This document shows positions 32,203 to 41,948 of a stretch of 64,000 nucleotides of DNA, piece after piece (the first letter of the stretch is position 1; each line of letters opens with the position of its first letter). The DNA is from a virus: IMG/VR virus record IMGVR_UViG_3300049740_002954, positions 1 through 64,000 of that record; one strand, 5' to 3'. Made by a program: the position numbers and the translations under genes. The notes below the pieces were generated by a model. The model had not been told where the DNA came from, did no database searches, and worked only from the letters and a program-made list of their open reading frames with translations.

Positions 32203-34657
32203 TATCGTATTTAAGGGCGTCTCTAGATACTTTAAATTTAATTAGGCTTCCAGCTATTATTGATTCGTCTAAAATCAGACTAGATAAAACATTTTCTATG
32301 TTTTTCTGAATAATTCTTTTAATTGGTCTTGCCCCCATCTTTTCTTTAATCGCGAGAGAAGCGATATACTTGTATACGCTAGGAGTATATTCCATCTCTA
32401 TGTTTTTGATTGAGAGCTTTTCTGCAACCATATTTAATTCTAATTTAGCAATTTTTTCTATAGAAGATTGTTCAAATTCTTCAAAAACTATAATTTCAGT
32501 CAATCTATTTAGAAACTCTGGCTTAAAAAATGTTTTTAGTTCTGACTTTAATTTATCTTTATCAAGACCTGAAGTCTTAGCATTATCTTGAAATCCAATA
32601 AATGGTTTTGCTGCTTTTTCTGAGCCTATATTGCCAGTAAGAATAATCACTGTATTATTGAAATAAATTTTTCTTCCAGTATTGTCTGACACAAAGCCTT
32701 CTTCTAAAATTTGAAGTAGCACATTAATTACATCTGGATGAGCTTTTTCAACTTCATCAAAAAGAACTACGCTATAAGGATTTTTTCTGACTTTTTCAGT
32801 CAATTCTCCACCCTCTTCATAGCCTACATATCCAGGCGATGCACCAATAAGCCTAGAGGCGGATATTTTTTCTGAAAATTCGCTCATATCTAATTGTATT
32901 AAAGCGTTTTTACTTCCATATATAAATTCTGCGATACATTTTGCCGTATAGGTTTTTCCTAGTCCCGAAGCCCCAACCATTAAAAAACTACCAACAGGCT
33001 TTGAAGAATCTTCTAGGCCAGAGCGAGATCTGAGTATGCATTCTGAAATTTCAGAAATTGCTTGATCTTGCCCAATTATTTTTTTGTTAAGGTTTTTAAA
33101 TAAATTTACTAATTTTTTACTGTCTCCTTTTGAAATTTCTTTTACGGGCACTCCTGTTCTAGAAGACACAACTTCATATATATCTTTAGTGCGTACTTTA
33201 ATTTTATTTTTTATCGCTTTCGCGGCCCACTTCGAAATAATTCTGTCATACTTTTCAAGCAAATCCATTTGCTCTTCTGCAACCTGAAGTTTAGAGGCGC
33301 CAATAGCTTTTAGGTTTTGCTCTTTTTCTGCAAGCTTTTCTAGCTTTTCTTCAATTTCTATTGCAGATTGAGGTCTTTTAATATTTTTAATTTTTACCTT
33401 AGAGCCTGTTTGATCTAAAATATCAATTGCTTTATCTGGAAAATGTTTATCTCTGATATATTTCTCTGACAGATCTACTATTAGTCTCAAAACGCTGTCC
33501 CCGTAGTATATCGAGTGAAAATTTTCATATTTTTCTTTTACTCCTTTTAGAATTTGAAAGGTTTCTTCTTTTGAAGGTTCTTTAATTTTTATTGCTTGAA
33601 ACCTTCTGTCCATCGCGCCGTCTTTTAATATAGATTTTTTATACTCTACTTCTGTAGTAGCCCCAATGCATTTTATTTCTCCTCTAGCTAAAGCGGGCTT
33701 AAGGAGGTTTGCTGCATCCATGCTTCCTTCGGCACTACCAGCACCCATAAGAGTATGGATTTCATCTATAAAAAGAATAATGTCAGGGTTTTTTTTGATT
33801 TCGTCTATAATTGACTTTAATCTTTCTTCAAACTGCCCACGATATTTAGTTCCAGCAATGAGTAAACCAAGATCAAGGGAGTATACGATTTTATTCAGTA
33901 AGAAATCAGGGCATGCTCCTGTTACAATTTTGTTAGCCAAGCCTTCTACCACAGCAGTTTTTCCAACTCCAGGGTTGCCGAGAAGCATTGGATTGCTTTT
34001 AGTTCTTCTGCAAAGAATTTCACAAGCTTGATCTATTTCATGTTCTTTACCTATAATTTTATCAATTTTTTTGTTGATTGCCAGTACGTTCAAATTTGTT
34101 GCATATTTATCCAAAGTTGAAGATTTGCTAGCGGTTTCTTTTTTGACTTGCTCAGATTTGGCCTTAATAGCTTCATCTTTGCTTGGTATAGTTTTTGATA
34201 AATGCAGATATTCTCTGACTTCAGTTATAATATCCTCTTCTTGAATACCTATTTTTCTGAAAAAAGATGGCACATCAGACTCTTCATACTTCATTAAGGA
34301 TAGTAATATATGTTCAACGCCAATATACTCATGACCTAATTTTTCGCTAATTGAGCATGCAACTTTAAGCACTAAAGTAAAGTGTTCATCATAATCTGGT
34401 AGAGAATATTCAATAAAGAAGTCTTCTTCGCTTTGATCTAAAACCAAGGACTCTTCAACAAATTCTTTCAAGTAAGATTGCTCCACTCCTAGCAAAAATA
34501 ATATTTCAGTTAGTATGCCTGCATTTAAATTCAACATTCCGTAAAATAGGTGATTTAGACTAACCTTCGGGCTTTTGAATTTTATTGCGACTTTTTTTGC
34601 TTCGTTAATAGCTTGTTGAGCTCTCGGCGTAAAATTAGGTTTTGGGGTCATCTTCAT
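32183..34657 (-). CDS. clpC: ClpA/ClpC-family AAA+ chaperone
   Basis: Clp N-repeats, GNPGVGKT, AGTKYRGQFEER, LFIDEIH, second NBD GASGLGKT, PGYVGYEEGG; start may be 34651. Confidence 0.9.
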   Translation of the reverse strand: MKMTPKPNFTPRAQQAINEAKKVAIKFKSPKVSLNHLFYGMLNLNAGILTEILFLLGVEQSYLKEFVEESLVLDQSEEDFFIEYSLPDYDEHFTLVLKVACSISEKLGHEYIGVEHILLSLMKYEESDVPSFFRKIGIQEEDIITEVREYLHLSKTIPSKDEAIKAKSEQVKKETASKSSTLDKYATNLNVLAINKKIDKIIGKEHEIDQACEILCRRTKSNPMLLGNPGVGKTAVVEGLANKIVTGACPDFLLNKIVYSLDLGLLIAGTKYRGQFEERLKSIIDEIKKNPDIILFIDEIHTLMGAGSAEGSMDAANLLKPALARGEIKCIGATTEVEYKKSILKDGAMDRRFQAIKIKEPSKEETFQILKGVKEKYENFHSIYYGDSVLRLIVDLSEKYIRDKHFPDKAIDILDQTGSKVKIKNIKRPQSAIEIEEKLEKLAEKEQNLKAIGASKLQVAEEQMDLLEKYDRIISKWAAKAIKNKIKVRTKDIYEVVSSRTGVPVKEISKGDSKKLVNLFKNLNKKIIGQDQAISEISECILRSRSGLEDSSKPVGSFLMVGASGLGKTYTAKCIAEFIYGSKNALIQLDMSEFSEKISASRLIGASPGYVGYEEGGELTEKVRKNPYSVVLFDEVEKAHPDVINVLLQILEEGFVSDNTGRKIYFNNTVIILTGNIGSEKAAKPFIGFQDNAKTSGLDKDKLKSELKTFFKPEFLNRLTEIIVFEEFEQSSIEKIAKLELNMVAEKLSIKNIEMEYTPSVYKYIASLAIKEKMGARPIKRIIQKNIENVLSSLILDESIIAGSLIKFKVSRDALKYDITEVKV

Positions 34658-34673
34658 TATAATACACTCTAAA

Positions 34674-37232
34674 TTATTTAACTTCAGACATTTTCATGTA
34701 TATCTTTTCGTCCATTATATTGATTGAGTCGAGAAAAACTATATCTTCGGCTTTTCTGCCATATGCAACAATTATATTTTTTTTGCACGGTGTTTTATGC
34801 TTCGATTCAAAATATCTATCGTAAAAATTGCCTCTACGAGAGTTCAATAACATTGCGTCATATCTTCCATGTTCATCAGAGATAGATAGCTTCATGTATT
34901 TATTTCCATTGCGAGAAGTTCTTTTTATGCAGTCGTCCACGACCCCAATAAATTTACCTTTTTCATCTGCATCCATAATAGATAGATCTCTAGAATCTTT
35001 TAATGCTTGATATGAGTCTATGAAGCAGGCTTTAAGGGAAGAGCTATGGCTGTATCCAAGGAGTTCTGTTTCGAAATACCAGTTTGCAAAATTTTGATAT
35101 TGTTTGTTTTTATCATAAATTTCTTTGTAGATATCATACTTTTTCTTAAAGGTTTTGAATCTAGACTCTTTCATTAAAGGTTTGCCATCATCACCCACCA
35201 AGTCTCCTTTTTTCGCATCAGCAATACAATTTAATAACTTATATTCATATTTTTCACCTAAAAGTATAAAATTTCTTTTTTCTCTATCGGTAAGGAGATT
35301 GAAAGCTTGAGCTTCTAAAACCATTAGTGATCTATTTGAGCCTTTACTCTCCAATGCTCCCGCTTGAATCAAAGCGCTCAAAACACCAATATTAAGTCCA
35401 GCTTGCTTTGCTGCGAGGAAAATATCGTACTTTGTTGGAGTTTCGCTTGAACGAAAATCTCTTAAAGACTGTAGAGACTTTTCACTAACACCTTTAATGC
35501 TGTTTAGGCCGAATCTGATGTTTTTTCCTTCGATAGAAAAATCCATACCTGATTTAGCTAAATCAGGAGAAAGAAGCTTTATTCCAAAATTAGATAATTC
35601 CTTGCACACTTTTGAAATTTCTTCTTGAGGAGACGGTTCGTACTTAGTCATTTTTAATAGCGACATAAAAAACTGCTGTGGGTAATTAAATTTTAAATAA
35701 GCTGTCCAGGCGGATAATGTTGCATATGCAAGAGAGTGAGATTTATTAAAAGAATAATTTGCGCTATCCTCCGCAACGCTCCATAAAATATGTGATATTT
35801 CTCTTGGTAAATTGTTTTGTTCAACTTTATCTTCGATTTTCTTTTTCCAGGCTGGCATTTGATCTACTTTTTTCTTTCCAACTATTCTCCTGAGCTGTTC
35901 CGCTTCATCGAGAGTAAAGCCGACTTTAACTGCCATTTGCATCAATTGCTCTTGGTAAAGAGGAATTCCTCCTGTATAATCCAATACATCACTAAAAAAT
36001 TCATGGATAACTTGCGCCTCTTCTGTTTCTGAGTAGGTTGCATAATTATCTAAAAACTCTAACGCACCTGGTCTTCCGATAGCTACCACTGCGCTCAGTT
36101 GCTCTAGGTCTTTTGGCTTGATTTTTTTGCAAACTCTATAGTTTGTATCTGATTCAAGCTGAAAAAGTCCATGGGGAGTTTTTAAAGATTGAAGTGGCTT
36201 GTATATATCTAGGTCGTTCAAATCTACAGATGAAATGTCTACGTCAATGCTATTGCAAACATCATAAATGACGCTCAAAGTTCTAAGTCCTAAAATATCA
36301 AACTTAACCATAAGTTCTGCAACCCAATTCATATCGTAACCTGTAACTAAAGCTCCATCATTAGACTTTTGAATGGGACAGATATCTTTAATTTTCTGAG
36401 AAGAAATAGCAATTCCACTAGGGTGAACGCCCGTGTTTTTGTTTAAGCCTTCTAATTTTAAGGCCACTTCAAAAACTTCAGGATTATTTGCTGTCCAGTC
36501 AGCGAATTTTTCACTTTCTTTTATGGCTGAAGAGATTGGCATAACTACTCCAAATTTCTTTGGAATTGTGTCGCTAACTTCGTTTACTTCTTGCTCGGAA
36601 AATTCACCTACAATCTTACCGCATTCTTTAATGCAAAGTTTACCGCTTAAAGTATTGAGGGTCAGAATTTTAGCTGTTCTAGATGGATGTTTTTTTTCGA
36701 TATATTCAATGACTTCAACTCTTCTTTCATACGCTATATCATTATCTACATCCGCTAAAAGACTCCCATCTAGATAAGTCGTGCCATTTTTTTCTATTTT
36801 CCTAGCTCTGCTTTTAGAGACAAAGCGCTCAAAAAATAAACTATATTTTACGGGATCTACATTTGTAACTCCGATAAGATATAAGACTAAAGATCCTGCA
36901 GCAGATCCTCTACCTGGGCCCGTTGGAATGTCATTTTCATGGCAATAGTTTAATATATCCCAATTAAGTAATATGTAATCTATAAACCCTAATTCGTCTA
37001 AGATTTTTAATTCTGATTTTGCTCGATCAAAATATTCCTTTTTGTTTTCAAATTTATCTATTCCTCTGTCATAGACTCCTTTGTGGCATAATTTACGAAG
37101 AAAATCAAAATTAGATATATCTTCTGACGCTTCAAGTATTTCATAGTATTTTTTTTCGATTTTAATTTCTGGCAGCTTCACCCCTGGAGGCGCACAGTCT
37201 TCATAGTTTGTAAATTGTTCTGTAAAATTCAT
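34674..37232 (-). CDS. dnaE: DNA polymerase III alpha, catalytic part lacking the PHP domain
   Basis: GPGRGSAAGSLV, LFFERF, DVDND, KFDILGL, YSFNKSH, C-terminal OB fold. Confidence 0.92.
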   Translation of the reverse strand: MNFTEQFTNYEDCAPPGVKLPEIKIEKKYYEILEASEDISNFDFLRKLCHKGVYDRGIDKFENKKEYFDRAKSELKILDELGFIDYILLNWDILNYCHENDIPTGPGRGSAAGSLVLYLIGVTNVDPVKYSLFFERFVSKSRARKIEKNGTTYLDGSLLADVDNDIAYERRVEVIEYIEKKHPSRTAKILTLNTLSGKLCIKECGKIVGEFSEQEVNEVSDTIPKKFGVVMPISSAIKESEKFADWTANNPEVFEVALKLEGLNKNTGVHPSGIAISSQKIKDICPIQKSNDGALVTGYDMNWVAELMVKFDILGLRTLSVIYDVCNSIDVDISSVDLNDLDIYKPLQSLKTPHGLFQLESDTNYRVCKKIKPKDLEQLSAVVAIGRPGALEFLDNYATYSETEEAQVIHEFFSDVLDYTGGIPLYQEQLMQMAVKVGFTLDEAEQLRRIVGKKKVDQMPAWKKKIEDKVEQNNLPREISHILWSVAEDSANYSFNKSHSLAYATLSAWTAYLKFNYPQQFFMSLLKMTKYEPSPQEEISKVCKELSNFGIKLLSPDLAKSGMDFSIEGKNIRFGLNSIKGVSEKSLQSLRDFRSSETPTKYDIFLAAKQAGLNIGVLSALIQAGALESKGSNRSLMVLEAQAFNLLTDREKRNFILLGEKYEYKLLNCIADAKKGDLVGDDGKPLMKESRFKTFKKKYDIYKEIYDKNKQYQNFANWYFETELLGYSHSSSLKACFIDSYQALKDSRDLSIMDADEKGKFIGVVDDCIKRTSRNGNKYMKLSISDEHGRYDAMLLNSRRGNFYDRYFESKHKTPCKKNIIVAYGRKAEDIVFLDSINIMDEKIYMKMSEVK

Positions 37233-37876
37233 TATACTTCTATTTCCCATATCATTTTTTTAAATACTTCGTAGTTAACTCTAATGTCATATAAAGCATC
37301 ATGCAATTTTTTCTCGTCAAAGTCAACATCAAAATCTTTACAGCATTGCTTTAAATTGCAGCTTAAGCCCCTCTCGATCAAATGGTTAAGTCGATATTGC
37401 CATGCTAAGAAATTATCATCTTTATCTAACTTAATTCTCTTTTTAAGCGCTTTTGCTAAACAAAGAGTATCCACAAGGTTTTTTGTATAACTAAAATCAG
37501 ATTTTGCATTTGAATCTATAAGTTTTCGATGTAGGTTATGCATATAAACATCAAAGCCAAGTAAGTTATGCCCAACCTTAAGGTAAGAGTCGTCATAAAG
37601 GTATTTCTCGAAGTGCTCTAGCGCAGCTTTGGGGCAAGAAGCTTTTTTCTTATATTTTGCTTCGGTAAACCCAGTAATCTTTGCTGCGTCAGGAGATACA
37701 TTTAGTTCGTCCCATTTTAACCAATAATCTTTTTGTTCAATAATTTCATTATTTTCTATAACAAGAAATGCTAACTGCCATGGTTTATTATTTGATACAA
37801 GATTTAAATTACATGTTTCATAATCAAACAGTAAATACTTTTTATTTTTTTGAAATCTAAGTAGTGATTCTTTCAT
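37232..37876 (-). CDS. DEDDh 3'-5' exonuclease (Pol III epsilon-like)
   Basis: FDYET, GHNLLGFD, DTL, HDALYD. Confidence 0.88.
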   Translation of the reverse strand: MKESLLRFQKNKKYLLFDYETCNLNLVSNNKPWQLAFLVIENNEIIEQKDYWLKWDELNVSPDAAKITGFTEAKYKKKASCPKAALEHFEKYLYDDSYLKVGHNLLGFDVYMHNLHRKLIDSNAKSDFSYTKNLVDTLCLAKALKKRIKLDKDDNFLAWQYRLNHLIERGLSCNLKQCCKDFDVDFDEKKLHDALYDIRVNYEVFKKMIWEIEV

Positions 37877-38379
37877 TTTAAGTCTTTTCTTTTGTTATTG
37901 CCATAGTTTATAAACAACTCCTTACCTTTTTTAATAGATTGATTGGTAGTATATTTAAAAACGAAATCATTGTAATCCAATTCGAAGTCCACATTGGCTT
38001 CGTTCGAATGGTTGTAGATCATACCATAACCCAAAACCACTGCGACTGAAAAAATACTCTCGAGATCTGAATAACCCAAGTCTTTTATTTCTTCTTCAAG
38101 ATCCTTTCTAAGATCTTCGTCGGGAATCATTGATTTCAATATAATTTGAAAATTAAGTCTTTCGTTTTCTTGGGGAGTAAGTTTTTCATTGTAAAACATA
38201 GAAAATACGTATCTGCCAAGCTCTTTGTCTTGAAGTCTTTTTGTTTTACCAGATATGATAAAGTGAGCCTCTTCAATCAATTCACCTTTCTTTAAGTCTT
38301 GCGACGCAAAAACTCCTCGGCCTCTTATTTTTGATTTTCCAATTTCTATTTTTGTTAAAGGTATTAAATCGTATTTCAT
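37873..38379 (-). CDS. SET-domain protein-lysine methyltransferase
   Basis: GRGVFA...KGELI, YNHSNEAN, IKKGKELFINYG. Confidence 0.88.
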   Translation of the reverse strand: MKYDLIPLTKIEIGKSKIRGRGVFASQDLKKGELIEEAHFIISGKTKRLQDKELGRYVFSMFYNEKLTPQENERLNFQIILKSMIPDEDLRKDLEEEIKDLGYSDLESIFSVAVVLGYGMIYNHSNEANVDFELDYNDFVFKYTTNQSIKKGKELFINYGNNKRKDLK

Positions 38380-39134
38380 TGTTGTTCTTTCCAGCTCTCG
38401 AAGCAAAATTCATTACTACCGAAATGATCTAGGTTTGGTTTTGATAGGGTTTTGTTTCCAAATGTTCTACCTGTTATACATTTGTATGTTTGTAGCGCCT
38501 TTACATCTTTTTTGTTTTTATAATATATACTCTTTGTTTTTTCTGTTTTTAATTTATTCAAACCAGCATATTGTTCAACTTTTTTAGAGACAAAGTCATC
38601 GAATGGCAAAGAATTATCTTCTATAAATAAAGTTGGCTTACAAAAGTCTAAGTCTGGAGTACAGTTTGAGAATTTAATTAAATTATTAAATATAAAAGAA
38701 TCATAAAATGGTATAGCCATACATAAATCTTTATTCTTCCAATATTTTTTTAATGTTTTTTTATCTACGCAATTAAAGTTCTTCGTGAAAGCATCGCTAT
38801 ATATGTTGTTTAGCAGCTTGCATCCGTTAGAATTTTTTACAAAGATAATAATCTTGTGAGAAGATTGCTGCTTTTCTTCTTTTGGGTTTATGGATGCATC
38901 TTCTTTCATATTGATTCTGAGGCCGAAAATTAATTGTATGCCAAGCGCATCCGCCTGCTTTTTTGCTTGAAGAAAACCTGAAAGAGAGTCTTCCACAAGA
39001 ATAACTTTTTTTAGATTATTTTCTGATGCAATTGCAAAAACGCTGTCTGATTTGCCTTCTTTGTGTGTAATTGGATCATCAAGCGTTAATATGCTTTTGC
39101 CTATAGAAAAGTGGCTTTTAAATAAAGGTAACAT
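38376..39134 (-). CDS. stand-alone PHP domain of Pol III alpha
   Basis: KSHFSIGKS, LIFGLRI, IIFVKNSNGCKLL resemble the DnaE N-terminus. Confidence 0.75.
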   Translation of the reverse strand: MLPLFKSHFSIGKSILTLDDPITHKEGKSDSVFAIASENNLKKVILVEDSLSGFLQAKKQADALGIQLIFGLRINMKEDASINPKEEKQQSSHKIIIFVKNSNGCKLLNNIYSDAFTKNFNCVDKKTLKKYWKNKDLCMAIPFYDSFIFNNLIKFSNCTPDLDFCKPTLFIEDNSLPFDDFVSKKVEQYAGLNKLKTEKTKSIYYKNKKDVKALQTYKCITGRTFGNKTLSKPNLDHFGSNEFCFESWKEQQ

Positions 39135-39140
39135 GCCTCT

Positions 39141-39232
39141 ATTCTATAACAAAAAAAGTTAAATGTCAAGGTCTAAAAAGTTATTAACACACGGTATTTC
39201 ACATTGACATCTACAGCTAAAAATGTTAATAT
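39141..39232. promoter_or_regulatory. divergent sigma70-type promoters (PHP/dnaE operon and nrdA)
   Basis: Minus strand TTGACA-17-TAGAAT; plus strand TTGACA-17-TAATAT (39204-39232). Confidence 0.7.
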
Positions 39233-39244
39233 TTTAAACATCAT

Positions 39245-41662
39245 ATGGATATAAAAGTAAAAAAACGAAACGGACGACTTCAAAAGTTTATAGTAGAAAA
39301 AATTAATGCAAATGTAGAGCGCGCATGTGAGGATGTATCAGATGTGTCAGTCAGCGAGATTGTATTAGACGCGCAGTTGCAATTATACGATAAAATTACC
39401 ACAAAAGAAATTGACACAGCTTTAATATTGAGCGCTAGAGAGAAAATAGAAAAGGAGCCCAATTACAGTTACGCAGCCGCGAGGTTATTGTTGAATACGG
39501 TATATAAGGAAGTCTTTAAAGAGGGGGTCGACTCTGACATTTTCCGACTGCAATATAGGAAAAGTTTCGTTCAGGGTATAAAAAAGTTAGTTAAAAGCGA
39601 AAAACTTAATAGCAGAATGCTTGAGTATGATTTAAGTAAATTGTCAGAAGCCATTAGAATCCGAAGAGATCTTTCTTTTAAATACTTAGGGATACAAATT
39701 CTTGCTGATAGATATTTCATTAGGGAAGAAGGGAAAATAATGGAGGCCCCTCAGTCTTTTTGGATGAGGGTGGCTATGGGCTTAGCTCTCAACGAAGAGA
39801 ATAAAGAAGAGTGGGCCATTAAATATTATGACATGTTTAGCCAGTTTCTTTATACCTCTTCAACTCCCACATTATTTAACAGTGGCAGTGTGAGATCTCA
39901 GTTAAGCTCTTGCTATTTAAATACCTTTGATGATAGTATTGATGGAATTTTTGACGGAGCTTGGCAAGAAGCTCGAAAAAGCAAATATGCAGGCGGCCTT
40001 GGTTTAGATGTAACTCCTTTTAGGTCAACTGGTTCGCATATAAAAGGTACAAATGGAGTATCTAGCGGCTTGGTTCCTTGGCTTAAAATATACAATGATC
40101 TTTTAGTTGCTGTAAATCAAGGAGGAAAACGCCCGGGTGCTGGATGCGCTTATTTGGAACCTTGGCATTTAGACTTTGAAGATTTCTTGAACCTAAGAAG
40201 AAATACTGGAGATGATAGATTAAGATGCCATGATATGAATACTGCCTCTTGGCTACCTGATGAATTTATGCGCAGGGTTCAAAATGAAGATGTTTGGTAC
40301 TTTTTTGATCCAAAAGAGTCTGGGCTGCATAATTTGTTTGGGGCGGAGTTTGACAAAAAATATAATGAGCTTTGCGACAAAGCTGAAGAGGGTTTAGTAA
40401 AAAATTATAGAATAACCACAGCAAAAAACCTTTGGAAAAAAATGCTCAAGGTATTATTTGAAACTTCTCATCCATGGAACACTTTCAAAGATCCATGTAA
40501 TATTAGATATACGAATCAACACGAGGGCGTGGTTCATAGTAGTAATTTATGCACAGAGATAACCCTTCATACAAAGTCTTCTACGTACAAAAAGGGCGAA
40601 AAGACAAGTATTGGAGAAACAGCTGTTTGTAATCTTGGCTCAGTAAATTTACTAAATCATTTAAATGATGATAATACTCTAGATTATGATAAATTAAAAA
40701 ATACAATACATACTGCTATTAGAGCTTTAGATAGTGTTGTAGATCTTAACTTTTATCCAACTAAAGAAGCAGAGAATAGCAATTTAAAACATCGCCCTAT
40801 TGGTTTGGGTATGATGGCATTACATGATATTTGTCACAGAATGAATATTAATATTGATAGCGATGAAGCTGTACAATTTAATGATAAATTGTTTGAGTTT
40901 TATTCGTATCACGCTATTTATGCAAGCTCTTTATTGGCCAAAGAAAAGGGTCGATATGAAACTTTCGAGGGTTCATTGTGGAGTCAAGACAAGCTCCCAA
41001 TTGATTCCTATGCAGACCTAATGAAATACAAGGGCAATCAGTTTAAGGCTAAGACTACTCTTGATTGGGGTGTCGTTAGAGAAAGTATCTCACAAAATGG
41101 TATGCGCAATAGTAATGTTATGGCTATTGCTCCCACAGCTACTATTGGTTATATCAACGGCGTAGAGCAAAGTATAGAGCCCAATTTTTCTGTATTATTT
41201 GTATACGAAAATAAGAGCGGTAATTTCTTTATTACTAATCAACATTTTATTAATGACATGAAGTCTGCCGGACTGTGGAATGGTGAGGTGGCTAAACTTA
41301 TAAAAAGTGTTGATGGAGACCTTTCATTATTAAATGGCGATATTCCATCTGAATTAAAAGAAAAATATAAAACGGCTTTTGATCGTGATATGTTTAAATT
41401 AATCGAATGCAATGCAGTTCGTCAGAAATGGATTGATCAAGCGGTGAGTTTTAATCTATATAATAAATCTACTTCATTGAAGTATTTAAATGATGTTTAT
41501 ATGTCTTGTTGGGAGGCAGGTTTAAAAACCACATATTATCTCCGCAATAGAGCGGCCTCCAAGGTAGAGAAGTCTCACGCAGAAGAAACTAAAAAAGAAG
41601 AGCCTTCTGCTTGTAGTATTGAAGCTATGAAAAATGGAGGTGCTTGTGAGAGTTGTCAATGA
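39245..41662 (+). CDS. nrdA: class I ribonucleotide reductase alpha subunit with ATP cone
   Basis: VKKRNG ATP cone, TPTLFN, QLSSCY, SSNLCTEI, APTATI, KTTYYLR, C-terminal CESCQ. Confidence 0.95.
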   Translation: MDIKVKKRNGRLQKFIVEKINANVERACEDVSDVSVSEIVLDAQLQLYDKITTKEIDTALILSAREKIEKEPNYSYAAARLLLNTVYKEVFKEGVDSDIFRLQYRKSFVQGIKKLVKSEKLNSRMLEYDLSKLSEAIRIRRDLSFKYLGIQILADRYFIREEGKIMEAPQSFWMRVAMGLALNEENKEEWAIKYYDMFSQFLYTSSTPTLFNSGSVRSQLSSCYLNTFDDSIDGIFDGAWQEARKSKYAGGLGLDVTPFRSTGSHIKGTNGVSSGLVPWLKIYNDLLVAVNQGGKRPGAGCAYLEPWHLDFEDFLNLRRNTGDDRLRCHDMNTASWLPDEFMRRVQNEDVWYFFDPKESGLHNLFGAEFDKKYNELCDKAEEGLVKNYRITTAKNLWKKMLKVLFETSHPWNTFKDPCNIRYTNQHEGVVHSSNLCTEITLHTKSSTYKKGEKTSIGETAVCNLGSVNLLNHLNDDNTLDYDKLKNTIHTAIRALDSVVDLNFYPTKEAENSNLKHRPIGLGMMALHDICHRMNINIDSDEAVQFNDKLFEFYSYHAIYASSLLAKEKGRYETFEGSLWSQDKLPIDSYADLMKYKGNQFKAKTTLDWGVVRESISQNGMRNSNVMAIAPTATIGYINGVEQSIEPNFSVLFVYENKSGNFFITNQHFINDMKSAGLWNGEVAKLIKSVDGDLSLLNGDIPSELKEKYKTAFDRDMFKLIECNAVRQKWIDQAVSFNLYNKSTSLKYLNDVYMSCWEAGLKTTYYLRNRAASKVEKSHAEETKKEEPSACSIEAMKNGGACESCQ

Positions 41663-41931
41663 CGAATCGACATAAACATCTTAAGGCTTTTAAAGAAGCG
41701 ATACTTAGATCTAAAATAATAAAAAAAGATCTTTTGAGAATAAATAATAAAATAGGAAATTTAAATTACGCAAAACATAGGAATTGCGCGGAGTCAGCCT
41801 ACGTATCAACTCTTGAAGAAATTATTAATCAAGGAAAAAAATATTTAAGTTTAAACCCCGAGTCTGACGAATCAATTAGAGTCGCTATAGATATCGATAA
41901 ATACTATACAGAGCTAACAAACATGCGATAA
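41659..41931 (+). CDS. hypothetical protein
   Basis: ATGA overlap with nrdA. Confidence 0.55.
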   Translation: MTNRHKHLKAFKEAILRSKIIKKDLLRINNKIGNLNYAKHRNCAESAYVSTLEEIINQGKKYLSLNPESDESIRVAIDIDKYYTELTNMR

Positions 41932-41948
41932 TTAGTGTATATTATTGC

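Noticed and set aside
34674-39134. Split intein or intron in DnaE
   Set aside because: No intein N-/C-terminal motifs are visible, and the intervening DNA encodes complete genes.
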